Origin: Pristiophorus japonicus
Lineage: Eukaryota
Direction of reading: 5' to 3'
DNA length: 64,000 bases
Assembly: GCF_044704955.1 (NCBI RefSeq)
Contig: NC_091980.1
Span: 25,420,001-25,484,000 of the forward strand
Numbering within the stretch: position 1 is the stretch's first letter; each line of letters opens with the position of its first letter. Of this stretch, positions 10,369 to 21,327 are shown piece after piece. The position numbers and the translations under genes are program-made. A model generated the notes under the pieces. That model was given only the letters and a program-made list of their open reading frames with translations, made no database searches and had not been told where the DNA came from.

Positions 10369-12881
10369 TGTTATAGCTCACTGGATGGGCTTTAGGACCC
10401 TGCGGGAGCTATTCACAGTTGCTGTACTCATGCTGGTTCATGCTGGTTTGGGGACTCCATTTTGGCTTGTTGTATAAAGCACACGGTTTGAGTTGTTTAC
10501 GCGTACACAACATCATTTGGCGATGAGGGTGGCTCAAATTAATCTTCCTACCCCCCACCTTTCACTCCACACACGGGAACCCTCCAATTCTGAGGCCGAG
10601 TTGGATAAAAAGCTTTTCTGCCTACATCATGGCGAGTGGGTTAGACATCAACAACGTAACACCAGCTCGCCACTATGCAATACTGATCCATTGCCTCAGC
10701 ACCGAAGGCCAAATGTAAGACACGGAGTCCTACAATAAAACGGTAAGCGCTCCGGAGAACTTTTTTGAGCCAAAAAAAAGTATCGTGATGGAGAAATACC
10801 AATTTTGTAAAAGGGGTCAAGGGAACGGTGTATCTTCTGGTTCTGTACCAATCTGCGGTATTCAAGTCCAGTCAAGGTCAGCTTCCCAGTCGAAATAGCG
10901 AGGCTCTCTTTGCTCGTAGATGGTTTTTCTTCTCTCTGTCCCAGACTGATTGCTCAGTTCCTGTGGTTGATTGAAGCAAGCAGGTTTAGAAGAGGGGCGA
11001 GAGAGAGAGAAATATAGCTGCAAACTGCCATCTCTTATACCTACAAAATGCTTCTTCTCGCGCCAAAAGTTCAACTGTCCATTCGCCTGAGGCATTCCAA
11101 CTGAAAAGCAAGACACATTTCCAGCCTGTTTCTTTGTTACTGGGCCTTCTCCTGTGGATCTGGCTCCGAAAAGTTTGGGTGTCCACATAGTTTCTGTAGT
11201 GTTTGAAGTCACTCTAGTAATGACTCCACGAGGTAAGGTATTGCACTTGAACTGTTGTGACCTTCAGGTGCTGCGATGGATCCAAATTTGGAGCAGCCTA
11301 GGACTTCGATCGCCGGGACCTGGAGGTTGTCCCAGCTCCAACAGATTTTGATTTGCTTCATCCAACTTCTTCTTAGCAGCATTGGACCATCACCAGTAAC
11401 GATCCACAAAGGTAGCTTGTGCATCGCGCCACCGTAGGACACCTGGACATCCACGCTGCCAACGACTGGGATGGTGTCGTTCGTGTAAGTGAGCAGCTTC
11501 GCCTGGATTGGTAGCATTTTAGGCTGTTCGATAGGGTTGTCCCAGAGTTTCTCGAAGGCCGCCTGGTTCATCAGTGATTGGCTCGCCCCTGTGTCGACCT
11601 CCATCAAGACTGGAACACCGTTGATTTCAACTTCTATCTTCAACGGGGAACTCTCAGTGAAGCAGGTAAACACTCCGTACATCTCTTCCTGGGGCTGAGC
11701 TGTCTCCTGAGCTATCTCTTCGTCTTCATCAGCGCAGGAGCCCGGGTGATCGGCCAACTCTTCAGCGACTCAGTGAGTAAAATTTCTTTTACGCATTTGC
11801 TGTAGATGGCATTTAGTGTTGCAGCCCTTGCAAGTATAGTCTCTGTATCTGCATTATTGGGCTCTGTGATTTCCTCCACAGCGCCAGCATGGGGCTGGCC
11901 GGTTGACCCCCTGTGGCAGACTCAGGGTTGCGGGGTTCGGGGTCACAGTCTTACCTCTGAAAGGCGCCATTCGGTTCGCTGTACTTGCCGTGTTGGAGTC
12001 CTGGAGTTGAGTCATCATCCTTCTGGAATCGCAGGACGAGGCCATGAACGCTTGGCTCACGTTAATTGCTTTCTGCAGGGTGACGGTGGTGTCCGCAGAG
12101 AGCAGCCTGTGGAGGAGGCCTTTGTGGCCGATTCCAATAACAAAGATGTCCCTCAGTGCTTCGGTGAGGTGGTCACCAAAATCACACGGTGCAGCCAATC
12201 GTCTCAGGTCTGCAGCATATTTTGTGATTTTCTTTTGGCCTTTTTGACAAGCTTGTGTTCTAAGTTTACGACCCAACTGGCATATCTGTGTCCATGTTGG
12301 ATTTTGACAAGCAGTATCTCTCAATTTTCACAGGGTTTGGAGTGACAACAAAATTCTGCCATCGTCCCCGTGTTGACCCTTCCATCAAACCTGTTATGCA
12401 GCGACTTTGCCGTCTCCCATTTGCAGTTCGCGACCAAATATCCGCAGAATTAACGTGACTCGAATCTCAGGGAATCATTGAGAGCATCGACTCCTCATCT
12501 CGAATTTAGTCTTTGCTTGGAGTAAAAATGTATCGACCTGAAAGAGGTCAACAAGGCTACCATCCCCGACAAGTACCCTCTTCCTACCATCAACGAAGTG
12601 TCTTCAGAATTCCACGGCTTAATAGTCTTTACGAAACTCGCCATGCGCCGCAGTTACCTGCAAATACCCCTAGCGGAGGATAGCAAACCGCTCACAGCAT
12701 ACACGGCACATGATGGTCTGTATCAGTATTGACGCATGCCCTGCGGGAGCTATTCACAATAACTGTACTCATGCTGGTTCATGCCGGCTTGGGGACTCCA
12801 TTTTGGGTTGTTGTATAAAGCACACGGTTTAAGTTACTTTTCTCCTGGCTCAGTTCGTCAGTTATTTACACGTACACAACA
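10369..12881 (+). mobile_element. Internally deleted Gypsy LTR element (5' LTR 10369-10512, PBS TGGCGATGAGG, gag and RT remnants, partial 3' LTR 12739-12881)
   Basis: Two similar LTR copies (ccctgcgggagctattcaca...gtacacaaca). RT remnant DKYPLPTINEV...FTKL...YLQIPL at 12360-12735. Confidence 0.8.
10830..12340 (-). mobile_element. Gypsy gag-protease fragment nested in opposite orientation
   Basis: Gag (ADLRRLAAPCDFGDHLTEALRDIFVIGI, zinc knuckle CWRCGGNH) and aspartic protease MEVDTGASQSLM. Confidence 0.85.
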
Positions 12882-14189
12882 ATACTGTCTGCCTTCCTTG
12901 CTCTATTCCTGACCCCCTGCCCTCACAATGCGAGTCATATGCTAATTATGCTTTCAGATAATCAGCGGTCAGATGACCAGCCTGTCCCTGAGCCCCCCAT
13001 GAATCTGACGAGGGAGAAGAGGACGTCCCAAGCACCGCGCCATTGCATCTCTCACCCGCAGGCACCAGCTCAGAGACGAGCACTACACGGTCGTTAGAGG
13101 TCAGCTTAGTAGAACGGCCAACACTGGGTAATGCACCAAGGCCTAGCAGCTGTAGCAAGGCCAAGGGGAAAGGGCTCGGGAGCCAGTTCCTCAGAGGGAG
13201 AGTTTCCGCACGAGTTCTGCTGCACAGGCCTCAGATGAGGACGCTGAAGGGGAGGTGCTTACAAGAAGGTTGATGGCATGCACTCTAAGATGATGGGTGC
13301 AATGGCAAGGGTGCCTGAGAGCTTCTTGGCAATGATAAGGAGCATGGAGGGGTACAACATTGCACAGAGCTCGGCGCACATCATGGAGCCCATCATTTCC
13401 TGTCTGTAGACGTTAATGGACTCCCAGAGAGACCATGTGGATCCAGATGTCATGACACATGTCATGGATGATGTGGCAGCTTCCATTGCAGCACAGGCGG
13501 AAGCCACGCTACATCTTACAGCTACCATGCAGTCAATGGTTGGAGGCATTGAGTCTCAGACTGCTCTCATGCAGTCTCAGCTGGATGCCACACAAGCTCT
13601 GTCTGATGCCATTGCCGCTGCGTCCACCGCAGTCAACCAGGGAACTCACAATGTCACAGCAGGCCACCAATCTGGGCCCCAGATGATTGGATGGGGATGC
13701 TGAGGTGCTGCCCTGAGGGAGTGGCAGTGGGTCAGTGGAGCAGGAGCCTGCAGACCTCTCTCAGGATGACAGCATTCCTGAGCCAACCACTGCCACTCTG
13801 CACGTAATCCAGCCAGCCCAGCCTGCCGCCGCACAGCCTGAGGTGGTGCAGTCTACAGCCGGGCCTTCCAGGCCCAGAGCTAGTCGAGGGCATCCTGCAA
13901 GGCCATCTGTAGGCTCTGGCCCTGACACTCAGCAGCCTTCCACCAGCCTTGCTGCAGCTACAGGGGACACACTGCGAAGGAACTCTAGATTGGGTAAAGC
14001 CACAGTTAAGCGGGGATATAAGATATTGCACAAGGTGAGTCATAAATTTTATTGGTGTTTAGAATTGTGGTGTTATGAGATAAATTTTAATTGGATTGTT
14101 GCATATTTGGTGCTGTCTCTCATTTCAGTTTTGGGACTGTGGTATGGAAGAGGAAATTGATGTGCTGATGGAGATGTGCAGAGCAATCG

Positions 14190-15358
14190 GGAAGTAGGCT
14201 GGAATTCATTGTAACCGGAGTCTGATGAGGCTGTCACGGACCGTCCTTGCAGAATGCTGATTGAGTGGCTGCCTCCTCCCTCATTGCTGTTGTTGCTCCT
14301 GCTGCTCCTCCTCCTCATCCTCCTCCTCCTCCTTCTCCCTCCTCGTCCTAGTCCTCCTCCTACTCCTCCTCATGTGGTGCAGCTCTGCCTGGAGGCAATG
14401 GCTGCACCCTCATGATGGCCAACTTGTGCAACATTCAACAGATGATGACAAAAAGGAACACCTGCTCAGACAATAACTGGAGGACTCCTTCAGAGCCATC
14501 GAGGGAGTGGAGCCATTGCTTGAGTACTCCGATGATCTGCTCAATGATGATCCTAGTGCTGGGCAGGAGTGTTGAGGATGTGGAGGTGAGAGCGAATAGA
14601 CCTTTGTCTCCGAGCAGTCATCCGCGAGATTGATGTGGTGACTGGACGATTACAGGCATTCCGGCCTGGCGCAGGATGAATGCATCGTGGCTGCTACCAG
14701 GATAATGGGCTTTGATGGTGAGGATTCGATGTGTGTGGTCGCACACCAACTGCACATTCAGTGAGTGGTAGCCTTTGCAGTTATGGAATACTTCAGGATT
14801 GTTCAGCGGTGCCCTCAAAGTGTCGTGGGTACAGTCAATGGCGCCCTGCACCATAGGGATGCCCACGATCCTGGCTAAGCCACATGCACGATCAAGCTGC
14901 TTCTCTGGTCATGGGGAAGGAAGTGTATTCCCTTCTCCTTCTGTAGAGAGCATCTGTGACCTCACAGATGGAGCAATGGACGGCAAACTGGGAGATGTTG
15001 GAGATGTCTCCTGTTGCACACTGGATGGATCCACTGGCGTAGAAATTGAGTGCGATGGTGACCTTGACTGCCACTGAGAGAGCCGTCCTCATCCTGGTCT
15101 GGGGCTCGAGGTCTGGTTGCAGCAGGTGGCAGAGCTCTGTCACCACGCCCTTGCTGAAGCGCAGCCTTCGAACACACTGCTCCTCAGTGAAATTGATGTA
15201 AGAGAACTGTTGCTGGAATACCCTGGGAGGGTAAGATCTCCCATTGACAGCCCTGTTGGCCCTCCTCCCTCTGGCCACATTTTGATGTCTTTCTTTCTGC
15301 CTAAGTTGTCTCCGACGTGAATGTCAAAGTGCGAGGTCGAGTGCGAACAAAGCCCCCT
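14190..15358 (-). pseudogene. HARBI1-like Harbinger transposase, frameshifted
   Basis: EEQCVRRLRFSK...VAVKVTIALNFYASGS; VQGAIDCTH...KGYHSLNVQLVCD...YPGSSHDAFIL; LLGDKG catalytic motif region. Confidence 0.9.
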
Positions 15359-15725
15359 TGAAAAATATAAATATTATCCTTTCAAATCTGCCCTCAACGA
15401 AAGCCACAAATCTTTAACTGGCAGACCCTCCTTCAAATGTAAATATGTGAAATCTGACAAAAACATCTGTCTGCCTATGTGGAAGTAAGCAGCAACCATT
15501 ATTGGCTGACTAAAAATCTATCCGATCCTGACGTCTTTAAATAGCACTGCTCCAGCCAACACCCGACTGAAACACAACAGCTCGTTGTCAGCACCAGGGG
15601 TTAAAACAGGGGGCGAGGGCTAATTTATCTTCTGGGGTGGTAACAGGGCACTGCGCATGGTGATGACATCACCATCGCCAGGCGCAGCTGAGCGGGACGT
15701 AACCTGTTAGTGCCACCGCAAAACC

Positions 15726-17210
15726 CTTGTCCACTTGAGCGGGAGGCGCTGTTCTTGCCATGCCCAGGCAAAATCTCATTTGTGCCCCCCATAATGGACA
15801 GGAGGGCACAAGCAGGGATGTGGTCAGGAGGAGCTGGCTGCAGTGGCACAAACCTTTCAATGATCTCAGTAGATCACAAAATGTTACTGCAAAGCCACAC
15901 TCAACCTCATCCTGCTGTGCTACTCATCACATCCCCATCACTCTGCCTTCCCTACCCTACTCCTGCATATCTTTACTCACAACAACTTACCTTGCACCTC
16001 CACCTATCCTCCTGTCTCTATCTACATTATCACATCCCAATCTCACGAGCCACCCTCACACACACCCTCATACTTGTCCAATCGTACCAACTAACAACAC
16101 ACTAGTGTACGGACTTGGGTCTTCAGCCAATGTTCATGTAGACTTTCTGCTCATGTGTTGTCAAACAATGAAATCTTTATTTTGAACACTTTGCCTTCTT
16201 AGACAGATTTGTGTGCAGCTTTGGAAGTGGTTTCGTGAATTGTAGTGAACGGTGAGACATAACGGTACCCCTGCACGGTTGCTGAGTGTGGAAGGAATGG
16301 CTTGGGCATTGCAGGGATGCTTTATCATGCTGGTGTGGGGTGGTGCCAACCTGGCGCATCATGTGGCAACCAAGGTGTATAAAGCCAAGTGAAGTAAATC
16401 TGGCCATGGTGAGTCCATCCCCAGCCTCCCGGGCAGCAATGTGCTTGGGTGCTGATGCCCTGTGTCCTGTGCAGAGAATGTGATTGCAGAGAATGTTGGT
16501 GATGTTATTGGTGCTGTTGGTGTGCGTGGTGCTGCTGGTGTGCCTGGTGATGCTGGTGTGTCTGGTGCTGCTGGTGTGCCTGGTGATGTTGGTGTTGGGC
16601 TGATCGTGGTGGGATTCTGAGGACTATTGTGAGGTTTTGTCAAGGGCACCGATGCTGCTGGAGTAGATGGCAGCTGTGGTTAAGATGACAGAAGCGATCT
16701 GTCAATGGTGAGAGAGGTTGCTCCACGGGGGTATCAGTAGTTAGAGAATTTACTCCAAACACTTCCAACCTTCCTAAAGCTGAAAAGTGCATTCCAAACC
16801 CTGAAGGCTGCAGCTTCTACGATTGGAAGAAAACAGCTGGGGAATAGTAGCTTTTATACTACAGGTACTTTTGCAGCTGTCACCTATTCAGAGAAATGTA
16901 TAGTCATTGAAAATCTGACCGACTGACCTGACGTGATCCCGAATGCCATAGATCTCGTCTAAAAAGCTGGAAAAATGTGAAGTATGTGGTAAAATGCTGT
17001 TTAAGTACCTTTTAACAAGTTGTTAACTGTGTCAATTGGCTCGCTCCCCACTTGGTGTCGGGTCTGTAAAGCGCAGACAGACCCCGCACTTGGGAAACTG
17101 ACTTGGAGGCGGGTTCACAGCGGGACCTCGACCCGCTGACAATCTTTTTTGTATTTTGACAGTGGACCCGCCTCCAAAACCGCCCTCTGAGCGCAGGAAC
17201 AATCCCGGCC
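15726..17210. mobile_element. 5'-truncated non-autonomous Harbinger derivative (same family as 4319-6086)
   Basis: Colinear with 4680-6086, has the 18-bp gtgtgcctggtgatgctg repeats at 16500-16600, and ends aatcccggcc. Confidence 0.65.
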
Positions 17211-17589
17211 TGTGTGTGTGGGTTCATTAAACACTCTGATAAAGTAAAACAATATGACTGTGATTGGTGGAAATAAGGCACTTACTTTGTGTGAGAACAG
17301 ACGGAAGTAGAAACACACAGAAACTGCACATCAAACCAGCTGGCATTTTGTTGCAGAAAAATCGTCGACTCATTTCACAGATTCAGTCTATTTCCCTGTA
17401 AGAAATATACACATAGATATACATTTATATATAGAACAAGGGTGATTAATTGACGTTGTTGATTTGATAAACTTATAAATTATATGTGGAATGTTTGTTT
17501 GTGGTGCCTCTCATTTCAGCTTTATGCCCAGGAGTTCTGTGAAAGAGGGATGGTAAGATGGGGAAGTGGTGAGCAACGGGGATCTGGGG

Positions 17590-18225
17590 TTTCATTCATT
17601 GGAACCGGAGTCTGAGGAGGTGTTCACGGTCAGCCCGACCGGAACGGGGATCTGCTGCCTGCCCCCTCCCTTCCTCCCCCTCCCCCTCCTCCTCCTCCTC
17701 TCCCTTCCATGGTGAATCCCACTCTCCTGGCAAAGCCACATGTAAGTGCCTCCTGCTTCTCTCTGTTCAGAGAGAATACAATGAAATCCCTTCTCCTGGA
17801 GTGTAGAGCCTCAGTGACCTCCCGGATTCAGTGATGGATGGCAAACTGGGAGATGTTAGCTCTATTTCCTGCTCCAGACTGGAAGGATGTAGTGGCAAAA
17901 AAATTGAGGGCCGCGGTGACCTTGAGGGCCGCTGGCACCGCATTCGTCGGCATGCTCTGAAGCTGCAGGTCTGTTTGCAGGAGGTGGCAGAGATCTGTGA
18001 CCACCTCCTTGGTGAAGCGGAGCCTCCTAATACACGTTTGCCGGTTTAAGTTCAGGTGGGACAAGTGCTCTCGGAAGACCCTAGGTGGTCAAGGCCTCCT
18101 GCTGAGAGCCCTCGTGCCCTTCCTCCACCTCCCTATGTGGGCATCTTGTTCTCTTCTTTGCTGCCCCCTCTCCCTCTCCCTATCATACTCGAGCGCGAGA
18201 GGGACTGCAAATAGAGCCCCCATGA
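17590..18225 (-). mobile_element. HARBI1-like transposase fragment (internally deleted)
   Basis: TCIRRLRFTKEVVTDLCHLLQTDL...LKVTAALNFFATTSFQSGAG. Duplicated at ~21585-22205. Confidence 0.8.
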
Positions 18226-18325
18226 CCAGGAGCAAGTGGTGTAAGCAGAACCCTTTGGCTGTAAAGCGCATTGGGATGTCTGGTGGACGTGAAAGGCGCT
18301 ATATAAATGCAAGTCTCTCTTTTTT

Positions 18326-18750
18326 TCAAGATATCCCAAAGTGCTTTTTAAGCAATGAAATATTTTTGAAATGCTGACACTGTTGTCAAGTAGGAAACTC
18401 AGCAGCCAATTTGCACACAGCAAGGTCCCACAAGTTGTAATGAAATTAATAACCAGTTCATCAGTTTTATGAGTACTTTGAGGGATAAATGCTGACCAGA
18501 CCACCAGGAGAACTCAGCTGTTCTTCTTCAAATAGTGTCCAGGGATCTTTAATGTTTACCTGAGAGGACAGACGGGCTATCAGTTAATCTCCTCTTCCAA
18601 AAAAGGGCACCTCTGACAGTGAAGCACTCTCTGAATATTGCACAGGAATATCAGCCTAGATTATGTGCTCAAGGCTGTGGAGTGGGACTTTAACCCACAA
18701 TCTTCTGACTCAGAAGTGAGAGTGCTAACACTGAGCCACTGCTGACACCT
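18326..18750 (-). mobile_element. tRNA-derived SINE (DeuSINE/SacSINE1-like)
   Basis: Minus-strand head with TGGCTCAGTG A box and GGGTTAAAGTCCC B box. The body and tail (aatttgcacacagcaag) resemble the shark DeuSINE from memory. Duplicated at ~22320-22742. Confidence 0.6.
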
Positions 18751-19044
18751 TGTATTTCGAGCTTTTTTTCTGAAAGTTATGTGAAACTAATAATTTTTAT
18801 ATTTGGTATAACAAATTGAATATATCATACCAACTCTGAAACTAAAGCTAAATTAATTCTTTTACTGATCTATAAAATGCTGGACAAAATTTTCATGGGC
18901 TTATCTCACTGGTCCTGACTTGGGTCATGTGAGCATCCCATTGCAGTAGATGGTTATATTAGTGTTGCAGTGTTAGATTCACTATATTTGAGCCTTGTGG
19001 AGATCGTTGAAGGATGTCAGTCTGGTTAATGTAGCACTTCCTCT

Positions 19045-20716
19045 AAGGACCCCCCCCTGCCCTAGCCCTGACCTCCCAACTTTCTCCAGTTTCTCTCCGA
19101 TCTCCCCTCATGATTTTTCCCAGCTCATCCTTTCCATGAGACCCACTTCCGGCTCCTTTGATCCGATTCCCACCAAACTGCTGACCACCCGACTTCCTAT
19201 TCTGGCTCCCATGTTAGCTGACAATGCTACTGTTTCTCTCTCCTCGGGTACTGTCCCCCTATGCAGTCATCACCTCTCTCCTCAAAAAAAAAACGTCGAC
19301 CCCTCCGTCCTTGCAAACTGCCGCCCCATCTCCAACCTCCCTTTCCTCTCCAAAGTCCTTGTACATGTCGCCTCCCAAATCCATGCCTGTCTTTCCAACA
19401 ATTCCATGTTTGAATCCCTCCAATCCGGTTTCCGTGCCTGCCACAGTACCGAAATGGCCCTCAACAAAGACATAAATGATATCTTTTGTGATTGCTCCTC
19501 GTCCTTCTTGACTTGTCTGCAGCCTTTGACATGGTTGACCACTCCATCTTTCTCCAGCGCCTCTCCACTCTCAGCTGGGTGGGACTGCACTCGCCTGGTT
19601 CCATTCTTAGCTGTCTAATCGTAGCCAGAGAATCACCTGAAATGGCTTCGCTTCCATCCAGCATCATTACTTCTGATGATCCCCCAAGGATCTATCATTT
19701 GCCCCTCCTATTTCTAATCTACATTTTGCCCCTTGGCGACATCCTCTGAAACCACACTTTCAGTTTCCACATGTACACTGATGACACCCAGCTCTACCTC
19801 ACTACCACTTCTCCTGACCTCTCCTTGGTCTCTATATTGTCCGACTGCTTGTCCGACATCCAGTTCTGGATGAGAAGAAATTTTCTCCAATTGGATATTG
19901 GGAAGACCGAATCCTTTGTTTTCAGTTCACGCCGCAAAGTCCTTTCCCAAGCCATTGACTCCATTCCTCTCCCCAACTTCTGTCTGAGGCTGAACCAGAC
20001 TGTTCGCAACCTTGATGTCATATTTGAGCCTGAAATGAGCTTCTGACCACATATCCGCAGCATAACTAAAACCACCTATTTTGACCTCCGTAACATCGCC
20101 CGTCTCCGTCCTTGCCTCAGCTCATCCACTGCTGATGCCCTCATCCATGCCTTTGTTACCTCTAAACTTGACTATTCCAATGCACTACTGGCTAGCCTCC
20201 CACATTCTACCCTTTGATCCAAAACTCTGCTACCTGTGTCCTAATTCGCACAAAGTCTCACTCACCCATCACCCCTGTGATCGCTGACCTATATTGGCTC
20301 CTGGGTAAGCACACTTCGATTTCAAAATTCTCATCCTTGTTTTCAAATCACTCCATGGCCTCACTCCTCCCTACCTCTGTAAGCTCCTCCAGCCCCACAA
20401 CCTCCCGAGATGTCTGCGCTCCTCTAATTCTGCCCTCTTCAGCATTCCTGATTATAATCGCTCAACGATTGGTGTCACTGCCTTCTGTTGCCTAGGCCTC
20501 TCAGTTGTGGAATTCCCTGCCTAAACCTCTCCGCCTCTCTACCTCTTTTTCCTCCTTCAAGACGCTCCTTAAAACCTACCTCTTTGAATAAACTTTTGGT
20601 CACCTGCCCTAAGTTCTCCTATGCGGCTCGGTGTCAAATTTTTATCTCCTAATACTCCTGTGAAGTGCCTTGGGAAGTTTCACTACGTTAAAGGCGCTAT
20701 ATAAATACAAGTTGTT
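19045..20716 (+). mobile_element. L2-clade LINE 3' fragment (RT), degenerate
   Basis: DPIPTKLL, RPISNLPFLSKVL, QSGFRACHSTE, LLDLSAAFD, YTDDTQLY. Tail aaaggcgctatataaatacaagttg. Confidence 0.88.
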
Positions 20717-21327
20717 GATATTTTTTCAACTAAATTGGGCATCACTGATTAGTCAAAGAACTGAATGGATACAGAACTGTGAAGGACAATGAAGACCTCA
20801 AACAGAACCAGAGAATCACTTGGGAAACCAGAAAATACAAATCCTGTTAAAGAAAATGTTTTATATCGACCAGTCAACAAGCAGAAAAGCTTAAAATATA
20901 TAAAATAGCAGATGGTCATCATTGAGTTGTAAGAAACTCTCTTAGGTAATGTTATGAATAAGGAGATGAAACAATATAACCATAGTCTAAAGGGGGCAAC
21001 ATGTTTGAGAAATGCGATCAGTTATTCAAAGCACATTTAAATCATTCCTTTAAAATGAGCATGATTGCAGTAAGATTGCTTACCTTGTGTGAAGAGACTA
21101 GTGAAGGAGTCCAGAGACTGAGCAGCAAAGCTCTCAGCACAGCAGAACACAAGCTAAAGTAACTGACGTTGTCTCTTGTGAAACTACAAGCCAGGCGAGC
21201 TTTCTCTTCCCTTTCAGCTCAGGGTTCAGACATCATTGGTGCTGGGCACATTCGAGCTGAGATAGAAAATTGGCTCAAAATAGGAAACGGAGGGCCGCTC
21301 AAAATGGGAACTTATCAAGTTCAAAAG

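Larger units (their letters stand above)
9646..14010 (+). pseudogene. Harbinger Myb/SANT-like DNA-binding gene (exons ~9646-9893, ~10116-10267, ~12958-14010), frameshifted
   Basis: MAAAKPAARERAHHFNAVALEALVGAVERRRDALF / WTEVAEEVSAC...TQCQKKFN, then AAA|GTGAGT. Next come ttgcag|TKKAHNSREQQRTGGG and a low-complexity third exon. Confidence 0.75.
9337..15725. mobile_element. Degenerate two-gene Harbinger transposon (Myb/SANT gene on +, HARBI1-like DDE transposase on -), interrupted by Gypsy DNA
   Basis: Left end ggggtagaaattc. Convergent Myb-like and transposase genes. The right terminus appears replaced near 15726. Confidence 0.8.
17348..21327. repeat. Tandem segmental duplication, copy 1 (~4.0 kb)
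   Basis: Colinear with 21328-24972 over HARBI fragment, SINE, L2 and unique DNA. Head-to-tail junction near 21327. Confidence 0.92.

Noticed and set aside
14190-15358. Host (domesticated) HARBI1 gene
   Set aside because: It is frameshifted, paired with a convergent Myb gene, and related fragments are scattered through the window, so it is a transposon copy.
18680-18750. tRNA gene-like A/B boxes (also ~7320-7412 and ~22670-22740)
   Set aside because: These are SINE heads attached to repeat bodies and do not form complete cloverleafs.
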